Shown here piece by piece: positions 1 through 8,335 of a stretch of 55,881 nucleotides of DNA. Position 1 is the first letter of the stretch. Every line of letters starts with the position of its first letter. The position numbers and the translations under genes are program-made. The notes beneath the pieces were generated by a model that saw only the letters and a program-made list of their open reading frames with translations, was not told where the DNA came from and made no database searches. This stretch comes from a bacterium (GTDB lineage Bacteria > Patescibacteriota > Minisyncoccia > Moranbacterales > GWC2-37-73). Location of the stretch: the NCBI GenBank assembly GCA_037140955.1, contig JBAXDL010000006.1, positions 1 through 55,881 on the forward strand, given 5' to 3'.

Positions 1-3
1 TTG

Positions 4-77
4 TGCGCTCTGAGGGATTTGAACCCCCGACCCTCTGGTTCGAAGCCAGATACTCTATCCAGCTGAGCTAAGAGCGC
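4..77 (-). tRNA. tRNA-Arg (anticodon TCG)
   Basis: The reverse complement folds as a cloverleaf. Acceptor GCGCTCT/AGAGCGC, D stem GCTC/GAGT, anticodon stem TCTGG/CCAGA with loop CTTCGAA, T arm GGGGG-TTCAAAT-CCCTC. No encoded CCA. Confidence 0.9.
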
Positions 78-106
78 ATTATGTTGTTTTTAGAAATCTA
101 CACAGG

Positions 107-179
107 GGCGAGTACAGGGAATCGAACCCTAATTCTCGGTACCACAAACCGATGTCTTAACCGTTAGACGATACCCGCC
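107..179 (-). tRNA. tRNA-His (anticodon GTG) with encoded G-1
   Basis: Reverse complement: G-1, then acceptor GCGGGTA/TACTCGC. D stem GTCT/AGAC, anticodon stem TCGGT/ACCGA with loop TTGTGGT, T arm TAGGG-TTCGATT-CCCTG, discriminator C. Confidence 0.9.
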
Positions 180-217
180 ACTCTATAGACTTCACTCTTT
201 TAAATTTGCAAATCTTG

Positions 218-289
218 TACCCTCAGCAGGAATCGGACCTACATAACAAGCTTAGAAGGCTTGTGTTCTATCCATTGAACTATGAGGGC
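218..289 (-). tRNA. tRNA-Arg (anticodon TCT)
   Basis: Reverse complement: acceptor GCCCTCA/TGAGGGT, D stem GTTC/GAAC, anticodon stem CAAGC/GCTTG with loop CTTCTAA, T arm GTAGG-TCCGATT-CCTGC. Confidence 0.88.
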
Positions 290-303
290 GTCGTCACTGC
301 TAG

Positions 304-376
304 TGGGTTATGCAGGATTCGAACCTGCGACCGTCGGCTTAAGAGGCCGCTGCTCTACCAACTGAGCTAATAACCC
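304..376 (-). tRNA. tRNA-Lys (anticodon CTT)
   Basis: Reverse complement: acceptor GGGTTAT/ATAACCC, D stem GCTC/GAGC, anticodon loop CTCTTAA, T arm GCAGG-TTCGAAT-CCTGC. Confidence 0.9.
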
Positions 377-435
377 TTTTTTAATAACTAGTAAAGAATA
401 GCAACTTTTTTCGATTTAGTCAATCCTTGGCCGGA

Positions 436-1755
436 TCATTGCTTTGGATTGGCGGCAGCTTTAGCCATGTCTTTCAAAGTCTTTTTGTAATTTTTCCATT
501 CTTCATCTGACCAGTTTGCTGGTTTTGCGTTTAATGTTGGCCCTCCTGGATGAGGGTATTTGTATGGTGAGCCGTATGAACTATTGAAGACATCATTAAT
601 AAACTCTTTTCCATTGGCATCGACAACTTTTTGTGAGAAATGAGCTTTTAGTGCTCCATCTGGCTGTTTTTCTGTTATATATGGTCCATCAACTGTAGTT
701 TTTCTTCCATCATCTGTTCCATAAAATTCAAAAGTTAACACTGTTCCAACTATTTTTGTTTGAATTAGGATGTGATTAGGTGTGTTATTGATAAAGCGAA
801 GGTCTGGATTTGGAACATAAACAGTAGAATCCATGCCTTGTGGATTGTAATAGGAAACCGGATAGGCATGATTTCTGCGCGCAGTTATTTTTAGACCTGA
901 ATATATGGCTGCGCGAAAGGCCGTGGTTGAGACCTGGCAAACACCACCACCAAATTCTGGCTCGGTAACATTATTTTTGATAACCAATTCTGGCAAATAT
1001 CCGTGTTCGCCATCAACTTCTCCTAGGATTTTAACAAAAGAAAACTCTTCTCCTGGCTTAATAAGGATACCATTGAATCTTTCTGTGGCAACTTTTATAT
1101 TAAAGATTCTGTTTTTTGGAGAACCCTTAAAGTTTGATGTTCCTTGTCCGATTAGAGAAGAAATCCCAAGATTATTTGTATCGCCATAGGTCGTTAAGGC
1201 CTTTTGCGAATCGTATGCTAAGGATATTTTCTGCTCTGATTTTAGGTTGTTGCTTTTTAATGTTTCAGTTATTTGTTCAAGGCTTTTTTTTGTGTCTAGT
1301 TTTATGCCATCCGTTGATTGTGCAAAGGTAATAATCTTTCCATCTTCCGCTTTAAACTTTGCTTCTGCTGGATCTCTGTTAACTTTTCTGGCCAAATCTT
1401 CAAGATAGGAGTTTATTTCTTGTGTTTCAATTTTTGCCTGTGAAGACAGTGTTATGTTTCTTTTGTGTGTTTTTGTGATGGTTAATTCGCAAAAAATTTT
1501 GTTTACCGGACAATAATTGGTGGTATTTTCAAATTCAGTTCTGATGTTCGATGACAGGGCATAGGCTGCTTGATGAGAAACCCATTTGTCCAATAATGTG
1601 TTTGGAATTGTTTCTGAATATTGATCAACAGTTAGTGTTAGGTTGCTATTATCATTCAAAACGCCAGTTGTTGTCTGGATTTCCACTGCGTGCGCCTGAC
1701 TACTTATTGAAAGTAGGATAATAACTAAAAATGACGTGTAAAGATTTTTTTGCAT
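436..1755 (-). CDS. VanW-domain secreted protein
   Basis: 439-aa ORF with an N-terminal signal peptide (LLSISSQAHA). C-terminal VanW hallmark GGGVCQVSTTAFRAAIYSGL...RRNHAYPVSYY. Confidence 0.8.
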   Translation of the reverse strand: MQKNLYTSFLVIILLSISSQAHAVEIQTTTGVLNDNSNLTLTVDQYSETIPNTLLDKWVSHQAAYALSSNIRTEFENTTNYCPVNKIFCELTITKTHKRNITLSSQAKIETQEINSYLEDLARKVNRDPAEAKFKAEDGKIITFAQSTDGIKLDTKKSLEQITETLKSNNLKSEQKISLAYDSQKALTTYGDTNNLGISSLIGQGTSNFKGSPKNRIFNIKVATERFNGILIKPGEEFSFVKILGEVDGEHGYLPELVIKNNVTEPEFGGGVCQVSTTAFRAAIYSGLKITARRNHAYPVSYYNPQGMDSTVYVPNPDLRFINNTPNHILIQTKIVGTVLTFEFYGTDDGRKTTVDGPYITEKQPDGALKAHFSQKVVDANGKEFINDVFNSSYGSPYKYPHPGGPTLNAKPANWSDEEWKNYKKTLKDMAKAAANPKQ

Positions 1756-1835
1756 ATATCTAGCATACTTTAATTTTTTGATTTTATCAAGCGTTGCTGT
1801 GTATATTTTTTTATTAAATTTTTTGAAAAAAATAA

Positions 1836-1866
1836 CAAAAAAATACTCCCGCAGAAGTATTTTTTG
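1836..1866. terminator. Bidirectional intrinsic terminator between the hsp20 and VanW genes
   Basis: AAAAAAATACT-CCCGCAGA-AGTATTTTTT hairpin flanked by an A-run and a T-run. Confidence 0.55.
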
Positions 1867-1887
1867 TTATTTTCATTGTGGATGTCT

Positions 1888-2394
1888 TTAGAATCCTCTA
1901 ACTTGAATTCTTTTTGTTTTGGTTGTGTCTGCTTTTGGAAGGCGAATGGTCAAGATTCCATTTTTGAGTGATGCTTCAGCTTTGTCTGAAATAATATCAA
2001 CAGGCAACACCACGGAACGAGAAAAATGTCCCCAATAGCATTCCTGATAATAGTAGTTGTCAGCATTAACAACTTCTTCATTTTTGCGTTCACCTTTGAT
2101 GGTGACCATGTCGTTATTGATTGAAACATCAAGATCTTCAGGTTTGACGCCTGCTATTGTTGATTTGATAACAATTTCGTTGTCAGTTTGATAGACATCG
2201 ATTGTTAGTTGTCCTTCTGCGTCAGAAGAAAAATTTTCTTCTTCAACAAAAACTGAACGTTGTGGTTCTGAGCGCATGATCATCTCAGTTTCTTCTTCTG
2301 CATAAATTGGCATAATTTGTTCTTGTCGCATATCTGGATCAATTGAAGTTGCCCCAGTAACACGTTCGAAAAATGATTTTTTTGTTTTTAACAT
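1888..2394 (-). CDS. Hsp20/alpha-crystallin small heat-shock protein
   Basis: 168 aa with an alpha-crystallin domain: GQLTIDVYQTDNEIVIKSTIAGVKPEDLDVSINNDMVTIKGERK...ASLKNGILTIRLPK. Confidence 0.9.
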   Translation of the reverse strand: MLKTKKSFFERVTGATSIDPDMRQEQIMPIYAEEETEMIMRSEPQRSVFVEEENFSSDAEGQLTIDVYQTDNEIVIKSTIAGVKPEDLDVSINNDMVTIKGERKNEEVVNADNYYYQECYWGHFSRSVVLPVDIISDKAEASLKNGILTIRLPKADTTKTKRIQVRGF

Positions 2395-2485
2395 ATATTT
2401 ATATTTAAATTATCGACCAATACGATCGATATTTTTCCTTAATTTTGAATTTACACTTTATATAAATATTATATGATAATTCTCA

Positions 2486-3061
2486 TTACTGTGCAAGTTT
2501 TTTGTTGATGCGAATTAAGTTGATAATATTCATCATGATAACAATGAAAAGCAAAGTAAAAATAAAATAATCGAATACAAAATTTCTTTTTATTACCAGG
2601 AAATTATAGGCTCCATGTAAAAGAGAAGTTAGAAAAATTGCTTGAAAAAATGTTTTTATTTTGCTTGGATTTTTTATGGCAACAACATAACCTAAAATTC
2701 CAGCTGTTCCAATATGTATAATGGCAATTTCTATAAGTGATTTATCATAGATTGATGATCCATTGGTGAGCATGAGTCCCAATTCAACAAAGAAAAATCC
2801 AACTCCAACCATCCAAGAATTGAGCAAATAAGTCCTTTCAAGCGAAATGTCATCGACGCGTTTTGCGATGATCAAATATTTCATTGATTCCTCAATTATT
2901 ACACTTGCAATAACAAATTGCGGAATGAAAAAAAGATTGGAGAATGAAAAATTGGCAGGAAGGCTCATTGAACTTGAAATTGCTATGAAAAAAACTATTT
3001 CAACAATGATCGCTCCAAGTGAAGCAACTATTCCCCAAAAAAATGACTCTATTTGATTCAT
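2486..3061 (-). CDS. Polytopic membrane protein, PrsW/CPBP-like intramembrane protease candidate
   Basis: 191 aa with about 6 hydrophobic helices. EESMK (EExxK) and HGAYN (HxxxN) motifs are spaced as in PrsW-type proteases. Assignment rests on motifs only. Confidence 0.45.
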   Translation of the reverse strand: MNQIESFFWGIVASLGAIIVEIVFFIAISSSMSLPANFSFSNLFFIPQFVIASVIIEESMKYLIIAKRVDDISLERTYLLNSWMVGVGFFFVELGLMLTNGSSIYDKSLIEIAIIHIGTAGILGYVVAIKNPSKIKTFFQAIFLTSLLHGAYNFLVIKRNFVFDYFIFTLLFIVIMMNIINLIRINKKLAQ

Positions 3062-3067
3062 TGATGT

Positions 3068-5686
3068 TTATTTTAGTGTTTGCAAATGCTTCTTTAATTC
3101 GGATAATTCTAATTGTTTTTTTGCAAGCGTTTCTTTTTGTTGTTCAATAATTTGCGCTGGTGCATTGGAAACAAAATCTTGATTGTTGAGTCTTGAGGAT
3201 AATCCAAGAACAAATTTTTCAATGTTTTCAATTTCTTTTGTTATTTTTTCAATTTCTTTATCCTTGTCGATTGCTCCCGAAAGGTTTATTTCAAGATTTA
3301 TTGTTCCAATTGCTCTTTTGATTGAATTTTCTGTTTCTGTTTGTTTTTTATTGTATTGAATTTTTTCCACGCCAGTTTTTAATCGTTTGATGATTTCTTC
3401 TTGAAATGGTGATTGGAGCATTTGGATGGTTTCTTCTTGCTCGCAATTTATTGTTATGCTTATTTTTTTGCCAATTTCAATTTTATTTTCAGTGCGTACA
3501 TTTCTAATGATAGTGATGATGTCTTGAATTATTTCAAAATTACTTTCCTTTGTCTTGATAAGCTCTTTTGGCCAAGCCGAAATCATCAACAATTTTTCTT
3601 GTCCTGACAATTCCCAAATATGCTCAGTAATAAAGGGCATGAATGGATGCCAAAGTCGAAGAAGTTGATCAAGAACATAGCCAAGTACTGCTTGATTTTT
3701 TTCAATTTTATTTATCTCTAGATACCAATCAGCAAAATCATTCCAGGTAAAAGCCTTTAATATGTCAGCAGCCATGGCAATTTGCTTGTCTTCAATAAGT
3801 TCGGTAGTAGTCTTAATTGTTTCGTTTAGTTTCTTGATAATCCAATGATCTGCTGGCGTGATGATGTTTTCTTTGGAAATATTTTCAAGTAATTTAAAAT
3901 TTTCTTGCGATAGGCAATACTTGGAAATGTTCCAAAGCTTGTTGGCAAAGTTCCTGAAGGTTTCAATTTTTTCTTCATATAATCTCGAATCTTGTCCCGG
4001 GGCGCTGTCCATGATGAGACTCATGCGCAAGGCATCGGCTCCGAATTTATCAATCATAACAAGAGGATCGATTCCGTTGCCTTTGGATTTTGAGAATTTT
4101 TGTCCTTCTTTGTCCAGGCCAAGTCCAGTGAAAAACAAATTCTTGAAAGGAGTTTTTCCTGTTTTGTAAAATCCCATCATGATCATGCGCGCTGCCCAAA
4201 AAAACAAAAGATCTCTTCCCATAATCATCATGTCTGTGGGATAAAAATTTTCAAAATCATCCTTGTGCGCTTTTAATGTGCTATAAGGCCATTGATTGGA
4301 GGTAAACCATGTGTCGAAAGTATTTTCATCTTGCAATAATTTTTCACCCTGACAATGAGGGCAAGCGGAAGGTTTTTCAATTGAAACAATATATTTTTCT
4401 TGTCCGCAATCAGGGCAATACCATACAGGGAATTGTGGTCCCCACCAAATTTGGCGACTAATACACCAGTCACGCATGTTATCAAACCAGTCAATAAGGA
4501 TTTTTTTGAAGTTGTTGGGAAAAATTTCAACTTCACCATTTCCAATGGCTTCGATAGCCTTTTTCTTCAGTGAAAAATTTTTAGCATCAACATTAATAAA
4601 CCATTGACTCGAGGTTAGTGGTTCAATGGTTGTTTTGCATCGCTCGCAAATAGAAACACTGTGTTGTAATTCTTCTATTTTTTCCAGCAGTCCTAGTTTT
4701 TCAAGATCTGAAATTATTTGTTCTCTGGCTGCTTGCACGCCAAGTCCGGCATATTTTCCACCAAGCTCAGTGATGATGGCCTTTTCATCGATAATTTGAA
4801 TTTCAGCTAGATTATGATCTTTGCCAATTTGCCAATCAAGGGGATCATGTGCTGGTGTAATTTTCACTGCTCCTGTTCCAAAAGTAAGATCAATTCGCTC
4901 GTCTGAAATAATTGGAATGATAGTATTTTGCAAGGGAAGTGTGGTATTTTTTCCAACTAATTTGGTATAGCGTTCATCTCTTGGATTAACAGCTACTGCT
5001 GTGTCACCGAGCATTGTCTCTGGTCTGGTAGTTGCTACGGTTATAAATTCATTTGAATTTTCGATTGGATATTTGATGAAATATAATTTTCCAGCAGAAT
5101 CTTTGTGCAAAACTTCAACATCGGAAAGTGCGGTTGAGCATCGCGGACACCAATTGATAATCCTTTTGCCTTTGTATATCAATCCATCATTATGCATTGT
5201 GACAAAAGTTTCCAGGGCAGTTTTGAGAACATCAGGGTCTAGGGTAAATTTTTCACGTGACCAATCAGCTGAGATTCCAATCTTTTTTTCTTGGCTTCGC
5301 ATGTAATTTGCTCGATCAAGACAAAAGGCATAAGTTTTTTTGTAAAATTCTTCGCGTCCAAGTTCTTGTCTGGAAATTCCAAATTCAGCTTGCAATTTTT
5401 TTTCAAAAACAACTTGAGTTTGAATTCCAGCATGATCTTTGCCTGGAAGCAGTAATGTTTTTTTGCCATTCATGCGGCCATATCGTCCAAAAATATCCAT
5501 GACAGTATATCCGCTGGCATGGCCTATGTGCAATTCTCCATTGGCATTTGGTGGTGGCAAGACATTGCAATGCGTGCCTTTGGTGTTTTCTAAATTGTCA
5601 GGATTAAAAAAACCACTTTCTTCCCATCGCGCGTAAATTCCATCTTCAACTTTTTGTGGCTCGTATATTTTTGGTAATTCTTTCAT
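3068..5686 (-). CDS. valS: Valine--tRNA ligase
   Basis: 872 aa. HIGH-type motif PPPNANGELHIGHA, KMSKS-type motif KFSKSKGN, a Zn-binding CPRC/CERC editing-domain region, and a C-terminal coiled coil. Confidence 0.95.
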   Translation of the reverse strand: MKELPKIYEPQKVEDGIYARWEESGFFNPDNLENTKGTHCNVLPPPNANGELHIGHASGYTVMDIFGRYGRMNGKKTLLLPGKDHAGIQTQVVFEKKLQAEFGISRQELGREEFYKKTYAFCLDRANYMRSQEKKIGISADWSREKFTLDPDVLKTALETFVTMHNDGLIYKGKRIINWCPRCSTALSDVEVLHKDSAGKLYFIKYPIENSNEFITVATTRPETMLGDTAVAVNPRDERYTKLVGKNTTLPLQNTIIPIISDERIDLTFGTGAVKITPAHDPLDWQIGKDHNLAEIQIIDEKAIITELGGKYAGLGVQAAREQIISDLEKLGLLEKIEELQHSVSICERCKTTIEPLTSSQWFINVDAKNFSLKKKAIEAIGNGEVEIFPNNFKKILIDWFDNMRDWCISRQIWWGPQFPVWYCPDCGQEKYIVSIEKPSACPHCQGEKLLQDENTFDTWFTSNQWPYSTLKAHKDDFENFYPTDMMIMGRDLLFFWAARMIMMGFYKTGKTPFKNLFFTGLGLDKEGQKFSKSKGNGIDPLVMIDKFGADALRMSLIMDSAPGQDSRLYEEKIETFRNFANKLWNISKYCLSQENFKLLENISKENIITPADHWIIKKLNETIKTTTELIEDKQIAMAADILKAFTWNDFADWYLEINKIEKNQAVLGYVLDQLLRLWHPFMPFITEHIWELSGQEKLLMISAWPKELIKTKESNFEIIQDIITIIRNVRTENKIEIGKKISITINCEQEETIQMLQSPFQEEIIKRLKTGVEKIQYNKKQTETENSIKRAIGTINLEINLSGAIDKDKEIEKITKEIENIEKFVLGLSSRLNNQDFVSNAPAQIIEQQKETLAKKQLELSELKKHLQTLK

Positions 5687-5813
5687 GTAATTTTGTTAGT
5701 ATTATAGAGAAAAATAGTCTCACATCGCTAAATTTAAATAAATACAAAAAGCTTTCTTTTCATACTTATCTTATCAGTATAGGGGATATTTTTCAAGAAA
5801 AAGCTCCTATGGT

Positions 5814-6947
5814 CTAGTTCATCTTTAAATTCGCATTTGCTTGAAGCATTTTCCATCCAAGCAAAGCTTCTTTTTTTTGTTTGGCTGTCATTTTCTCCCA
5901 GCGAAATGCTGCTGCTGCTCCGATCATGGTAGCATTGTCACCGGTTAGTGATGTGTCAGGTATTTTGTATGATGTATTAGGTATGGATTTCTGGATGGCT
6001 TCGCCAAGTTGTTTTCGAAGTTCAGTGTTGGCACTAACCCCACCAGCCAATAGTATTGTTTTTGGATTAAACTGCTCTGCCGCTTTTAGCGTTTTGGCAA
6101 TAAGCACTTCAACGCATGCTTGTTGAAATTCATGACAAATTTCTGCAATATATTCTTTGTTTTTCAAAAGTTCGGGATGTTTTTTCGTTTCATATAGGAC
6201 AGCAGTCTTTAGGCCAGAAAAGGAGAAATTAAAATTTTTCTTATGCAACATTGGGCGAGGGAATTTAATGTTATATTTTGTATCTTGTATTGCTTTTGAC
6301 TTTTGACTTTTGACTTGCGAAGCACGAAGTGCAACGGCCGGCCCTCCCGGGTATCCAATTCCTAAAATTCTAGCAACTTTGTCAAAAGCTTCACCAACGG
6401 CATCATCCAAAGTTTGTCCAACAATTTCATATTGCAAATGATTTTTCATAAGCACAAGTTGTGTGTGACCGCCAGAAACTACCAGCGCTAAAATTGGAAA
6501 CATTATTTTGCATTTTTTTCTTTGAATCTGCGTTGAATTTTGAATTTTGAATTTTGAATTTTCGTCAACGAAGTTGGCATAAATGTGTCCTTCAATGTGA
6601 TGAATTCCAATAAGTGGTTTTTCCCAGAGATAGGAAAGTGTCTTGGCATAATTAACACCAACCAGTAGTGCAGGAATCAGGCCTGGTCCACTTGTAACAG
6701 CAATAAAGTCTATTTGATCAATTGAAACTTTTGCTTCGTCTAGTGCGAGTTTTATGAGTTTCGGAAAGTTTTTTAGATGCTCTCTGGCTGCTAGATTTGG
6801 AACAACACCGCCCCACTTGGCATGCAGTTTTATTTGCGAGGAAACTTTGCTTGTAAGGATGTTTAATTTTGATTCCTTACAAGACAAAATAGAAATCGCG
6901 GTGTCATCGCAGGATGTTTCAATTGATAGGATTATTTTATTTGACAT
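5814..6947 (-). CDS. tsaD: tRNA N6-adenosine threonylcarbamoyltransferase TsaD (Kae1/Gcp family)
   Basis: 377 aa. Motifs ILSIETSCDDTA, HHIEGH, VVSGGHTQL, DDAVGEAFDKVARILGIGYPGGP and GGVSAN. Carries two repeat-encoded loop insertions (see repeats). Confidence 0.93.
   Translation of the reverse strand: MSNKIILSIETSCDDTAISILSCKESKLNILTSKVSSQIKLHAKWGGVVPNLAAREHLKNFPKLIKLALDEAKVSIDQIDFIAVTSGPGLIPALLVGVNYAKTLSYLWEKPLIGIHHIEGHIYANFVDENSKFKIQNSTQIQRKKCKIMFPILALVVSGGHTQLVLMKNHLQYEIVGQTLDDAVGEAFDKVARILGIGYPGGPAVALRASQVKSQKSKAIQDTKYNIKFPRPMLHKKNFNFSFSGLKTAVLYETKKHPELLKNKEYIAEICHEFQQACVEVLIAKTLKAAEQFNPKTILLAGGVSANTELRKQLGEAIQKSIPNTSYKIPDTSLTGDNATMIGAAAAFRWEKMTAKQKKEALLGWKMLQANANLKMN
6294..6314. repeat. 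Perfect heptamer tandem repeat TTTTGAC x3 inside tsaD
   Basis: Read directly. Encodes the SQKSKA-type insertion (ASQVKSQKSKAIQD) on the minus strand. Confidence 0.95.
6534..6561. repeat. Perfect heptamer tandem repeat TGAATTT x4 inside tsaD
   Basis: Read directly. The minus strand reads GAAAATTCAAAATTCAAAATTCAAAATTCA, encoding ENSKFKIQNS between the HHIEGH and SGGHT motifs. Confidence 0.95.
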
Positions 6948-7173
6948 AACTATGATATTATTGTATTGTTTGTTACCAACTGAATGATTTTGCTGCGTAG
7001 TAATTTTCTTGCTTAAAATGTGTTTAATCGTTAAACGATTCTACCACATGTTAACCAAAATGAAAAGACTAAATTCCAGTATGGCTACTAGTAAGATTTT
7101 GAAAAAAAAGACCACTAAAGTTCTCTTTTTGCGTAGTTTGTTGCGGAAAAAAAAGAAAGAAGAAATTGACAAA

Positions 7174-7758
7174 ATGAGCGTGTGTTCATCGATGGATATT
7201 ACAGGCATGACAGACAACGAATTGATAAGTATTGTTGTAAAGAAAAGACCCCAACTATACGCAGAAATACTCTTGCGTTATCAAAAAAAATTATTCATCT
7301 ATATTTATCATCTTGTTGGCAACAAAGAAGAAACGGAGGATATCTTACAAAACGTTTTTCTTAAGGCCTATAAAAATATCAAACATTTTGATGTTGACAG
7401 AAAGTTTTCATCCTGGATTTATCGCATTGCTCACAATGAGACGGTAAATTTTTTAAAAAGAAAAGGTAAGCGCTATACTGTATCCTGGGAGGATATTTCT
7501 ACAAAAAAAGATAGGTTAGACATTGCCATTGATGACGAAAAATTGGAGGACAAAATGGAGCATCAGGAAATTGCAAGCAAGATGAAATTAGCAATTGCAA
7601 AGCTCCCACTAAAATATCAGCAAGTTTTGAAGATGCGTTATTTTCAAGAATATTCCTATCAAAAGATAGGGAAGCTTTTGAATAAACCTCAAAATACAGT
7701 TGGAACACTCATCAATAGGGCAAAAAAGAAGCTTTTTGAAGTTATAGATACGAAATAA
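7174..7758 (+). CDS. ECF-type RNA polymerase sigma-70 family factor
   Basis: Region 2: DILQNVFLKAYKNIKHFD...FSSWIYRIAHNETVNFLKRK. Region 4 HTH: LPLKYQQVLKMRYFQEYSYQKIGKLLNKPQNTVGTLINRAKKKL. The ORF is open from 7009, but the conserved part begins after the ATG at 7174, which gives about 194 aa as is typical for ECF sigmas. Confidence 0.85.
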   Translation: MSVCSSMDITGMTDNELISIVVKKRPQLYAEILLRYQKKLFIYIYHLVGNKEETEDILQNVFLKAYKNIKHFDVDRKFSSWIYRIAHNETVNFLKRKGKRYTVSWEDISTKKDRLDIAIDDEKLEDKMEHQEIASKMKLAIAKLPLKYQQVLKMRYFQEYSYQKIGKLLNKPQNTVGTLINRAKKKLFEVIDTK

Positions 7759-7759
7759 A

Positions 7760-7792
7760 CTTAAAAGCCATCATTACTGATGGCTTTTAAGA
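7760..7792. terminator. Bidirectional terminator (sigma gene and tRNA-Glu)
   Basis: TTAAAAGCCATCA-TTAC-TGATGGCTTTTAA hairpin, 13-bp stem. Confidence 0.7.
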
Positions 7793-7797
7793 ATTTG

Positions 7798-7869
7798 TAG
7801 CGCCAAGGAGAATCGGACTCCTGTTACCAGGATGAAAACCTGGTGTCCTAACCACTAGACGATGGCGCC
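7798..7869 (-). tRNA. tRNA-Glu (anticodon TTC), intact copy
   Basis: Reverse complement: acceptor GGCGCCA/TGGCGCT, D stem GTCT/GGAC, anticodon stem CCAGG/CCTGG with loop TTTTCAT, T arm AGGAG-TCCGATT-CTCCT. Confidence 0.9.
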
Positions 7870-7875
7870 ATATGT
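7835..7875. repeat. 41-nt direct repeat, copy 1 (tRNA-Glu positions 1-35 plus 6 nt of 5' flank)
   Basis: AAAACCTGGTGTCCTAACCACTAGACGATGGCGCCATATGT is identical to 8179-8219. Confidence 0.95.
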
Positions 7876-8123
7876 CATGAGTTGTCAATTCTGCCTAATA
7901 ATTCTTTTTTTCTGAAACTGTTCTTTTTTAAATCAATCTCTCTTTTGATGGCTAATTTTTTTGATTGATAAGCCTCATAGTACATTAATTCGAAGGGAAT
8001 TAAATGTTTTATTGATTTAGTTTTTCCTTGATTGTGCTCTTCGAAACGTCTTTTCAAATCTTCGGTACTGCCAATATAATAATATTTTTTAACTCTGCTT
8101 TTTATTATATATACATAGTGCAT
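7875..8123 (-). CDS. GIY-YIG nuclease family protein (URI-domain, about 82 aa)
   Basis: MHYVYIIKS..KKYYYIGSTEDLKRRFEEHNQGK matches the GIY...YIG...R..EHN core of GIY-YIG/URI nucleases. The stop codon lies 5 nt upstream of the tRNA-Glu 5' end. Confidence 0.8.
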   Translation of the reverse strand: MHYVYIIKSRVKKYYYIGSTEDLKRRFEEHNQGKTKSIKHLIPFELMYYEAYQSKKLAIKREIDLKKNSFRKKELLGRIDNS

Positions 8124-8178
8124 AAATTTTTGCTAGCATGTCAGGATGTCACCCGGAGGGTGATCAGCCTTTGGCTGA

Positions 8179-8213
8179 AAAACCTGGTGTCCTAACCACT
8201 AGACGATGGCGCC
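8179..8213 (-). pseudogene. Truncated tRNA-Glu (5' half only: acceptor 5' strand, D arm, 5' anticodon stem)
   Basis: The reverse complement GGCGCCATCGTCTAGTGGTTAGGACACCAGGTTTT then diverges (TCAGCCAAAGG...). No T arm or 3' acceptor strand follows. Confidence 0.85.
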
Positions 8214-8219
8214 ATATGT
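8179..8219. repeat. 41-nt direct repeat, copy 2
   Basis: Exact copy of 7835-7875. Identity ends inside the anticodon loop. Confidence 0.95.
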
Positions 8220-8295
8220 AAGCATTATGCTAAAAATTAGCATAAAACAGTAACAGTGGATAGTTTAGCATAAATAAAAAATAAATCAAGGGCTT

Positions 8296-8324
8296 CATTT
8301 GAATTATTGCCCAATTGAGCGTAT
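8296..8324 (+). promoter_or_regulatory. Sigma-70-like promoter of the DedA gene (short leader)
   Basis: TTGAAT, 17 nt, TATAAT. The -10 ends 11 nt before the ATG at 8336, implying a near-leaderless mRNA. Confidence 0.5.
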
Positions 8325-8335
8325 AATCTGGATAT

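Larger units (their letters stand above)
7876..8219 (-). mobile_element. GIY-YIG cassette inserted in / duplicating the tRNA-Glu 5' half
   Basis: A 344-bp unit made of the ORF, a 55-nt hairpin-rich leader and one repeat copy, bounded by the 41-nt direct repeats. Confidence 0.45.

Noticed and set aside
7009-7173. N-terminal 55-aa extension of the ECF sigma ORF.
   Set aside because: The extension is Lys-rich and low-complexity, is not part of sigma region 2, and would leave no room for the divergent tsaD/sigma promoters. The ATG at 7174 is preferred.
7798-8219. Group I intron with a homing endonuclease in the tRNA-Glu anticodon loop.
   Set aside because: Only about 95 nt of non-ORF sequence is available, too little for a group I core. 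The downstream tRNA is already complete rather than being just a 3' exon.
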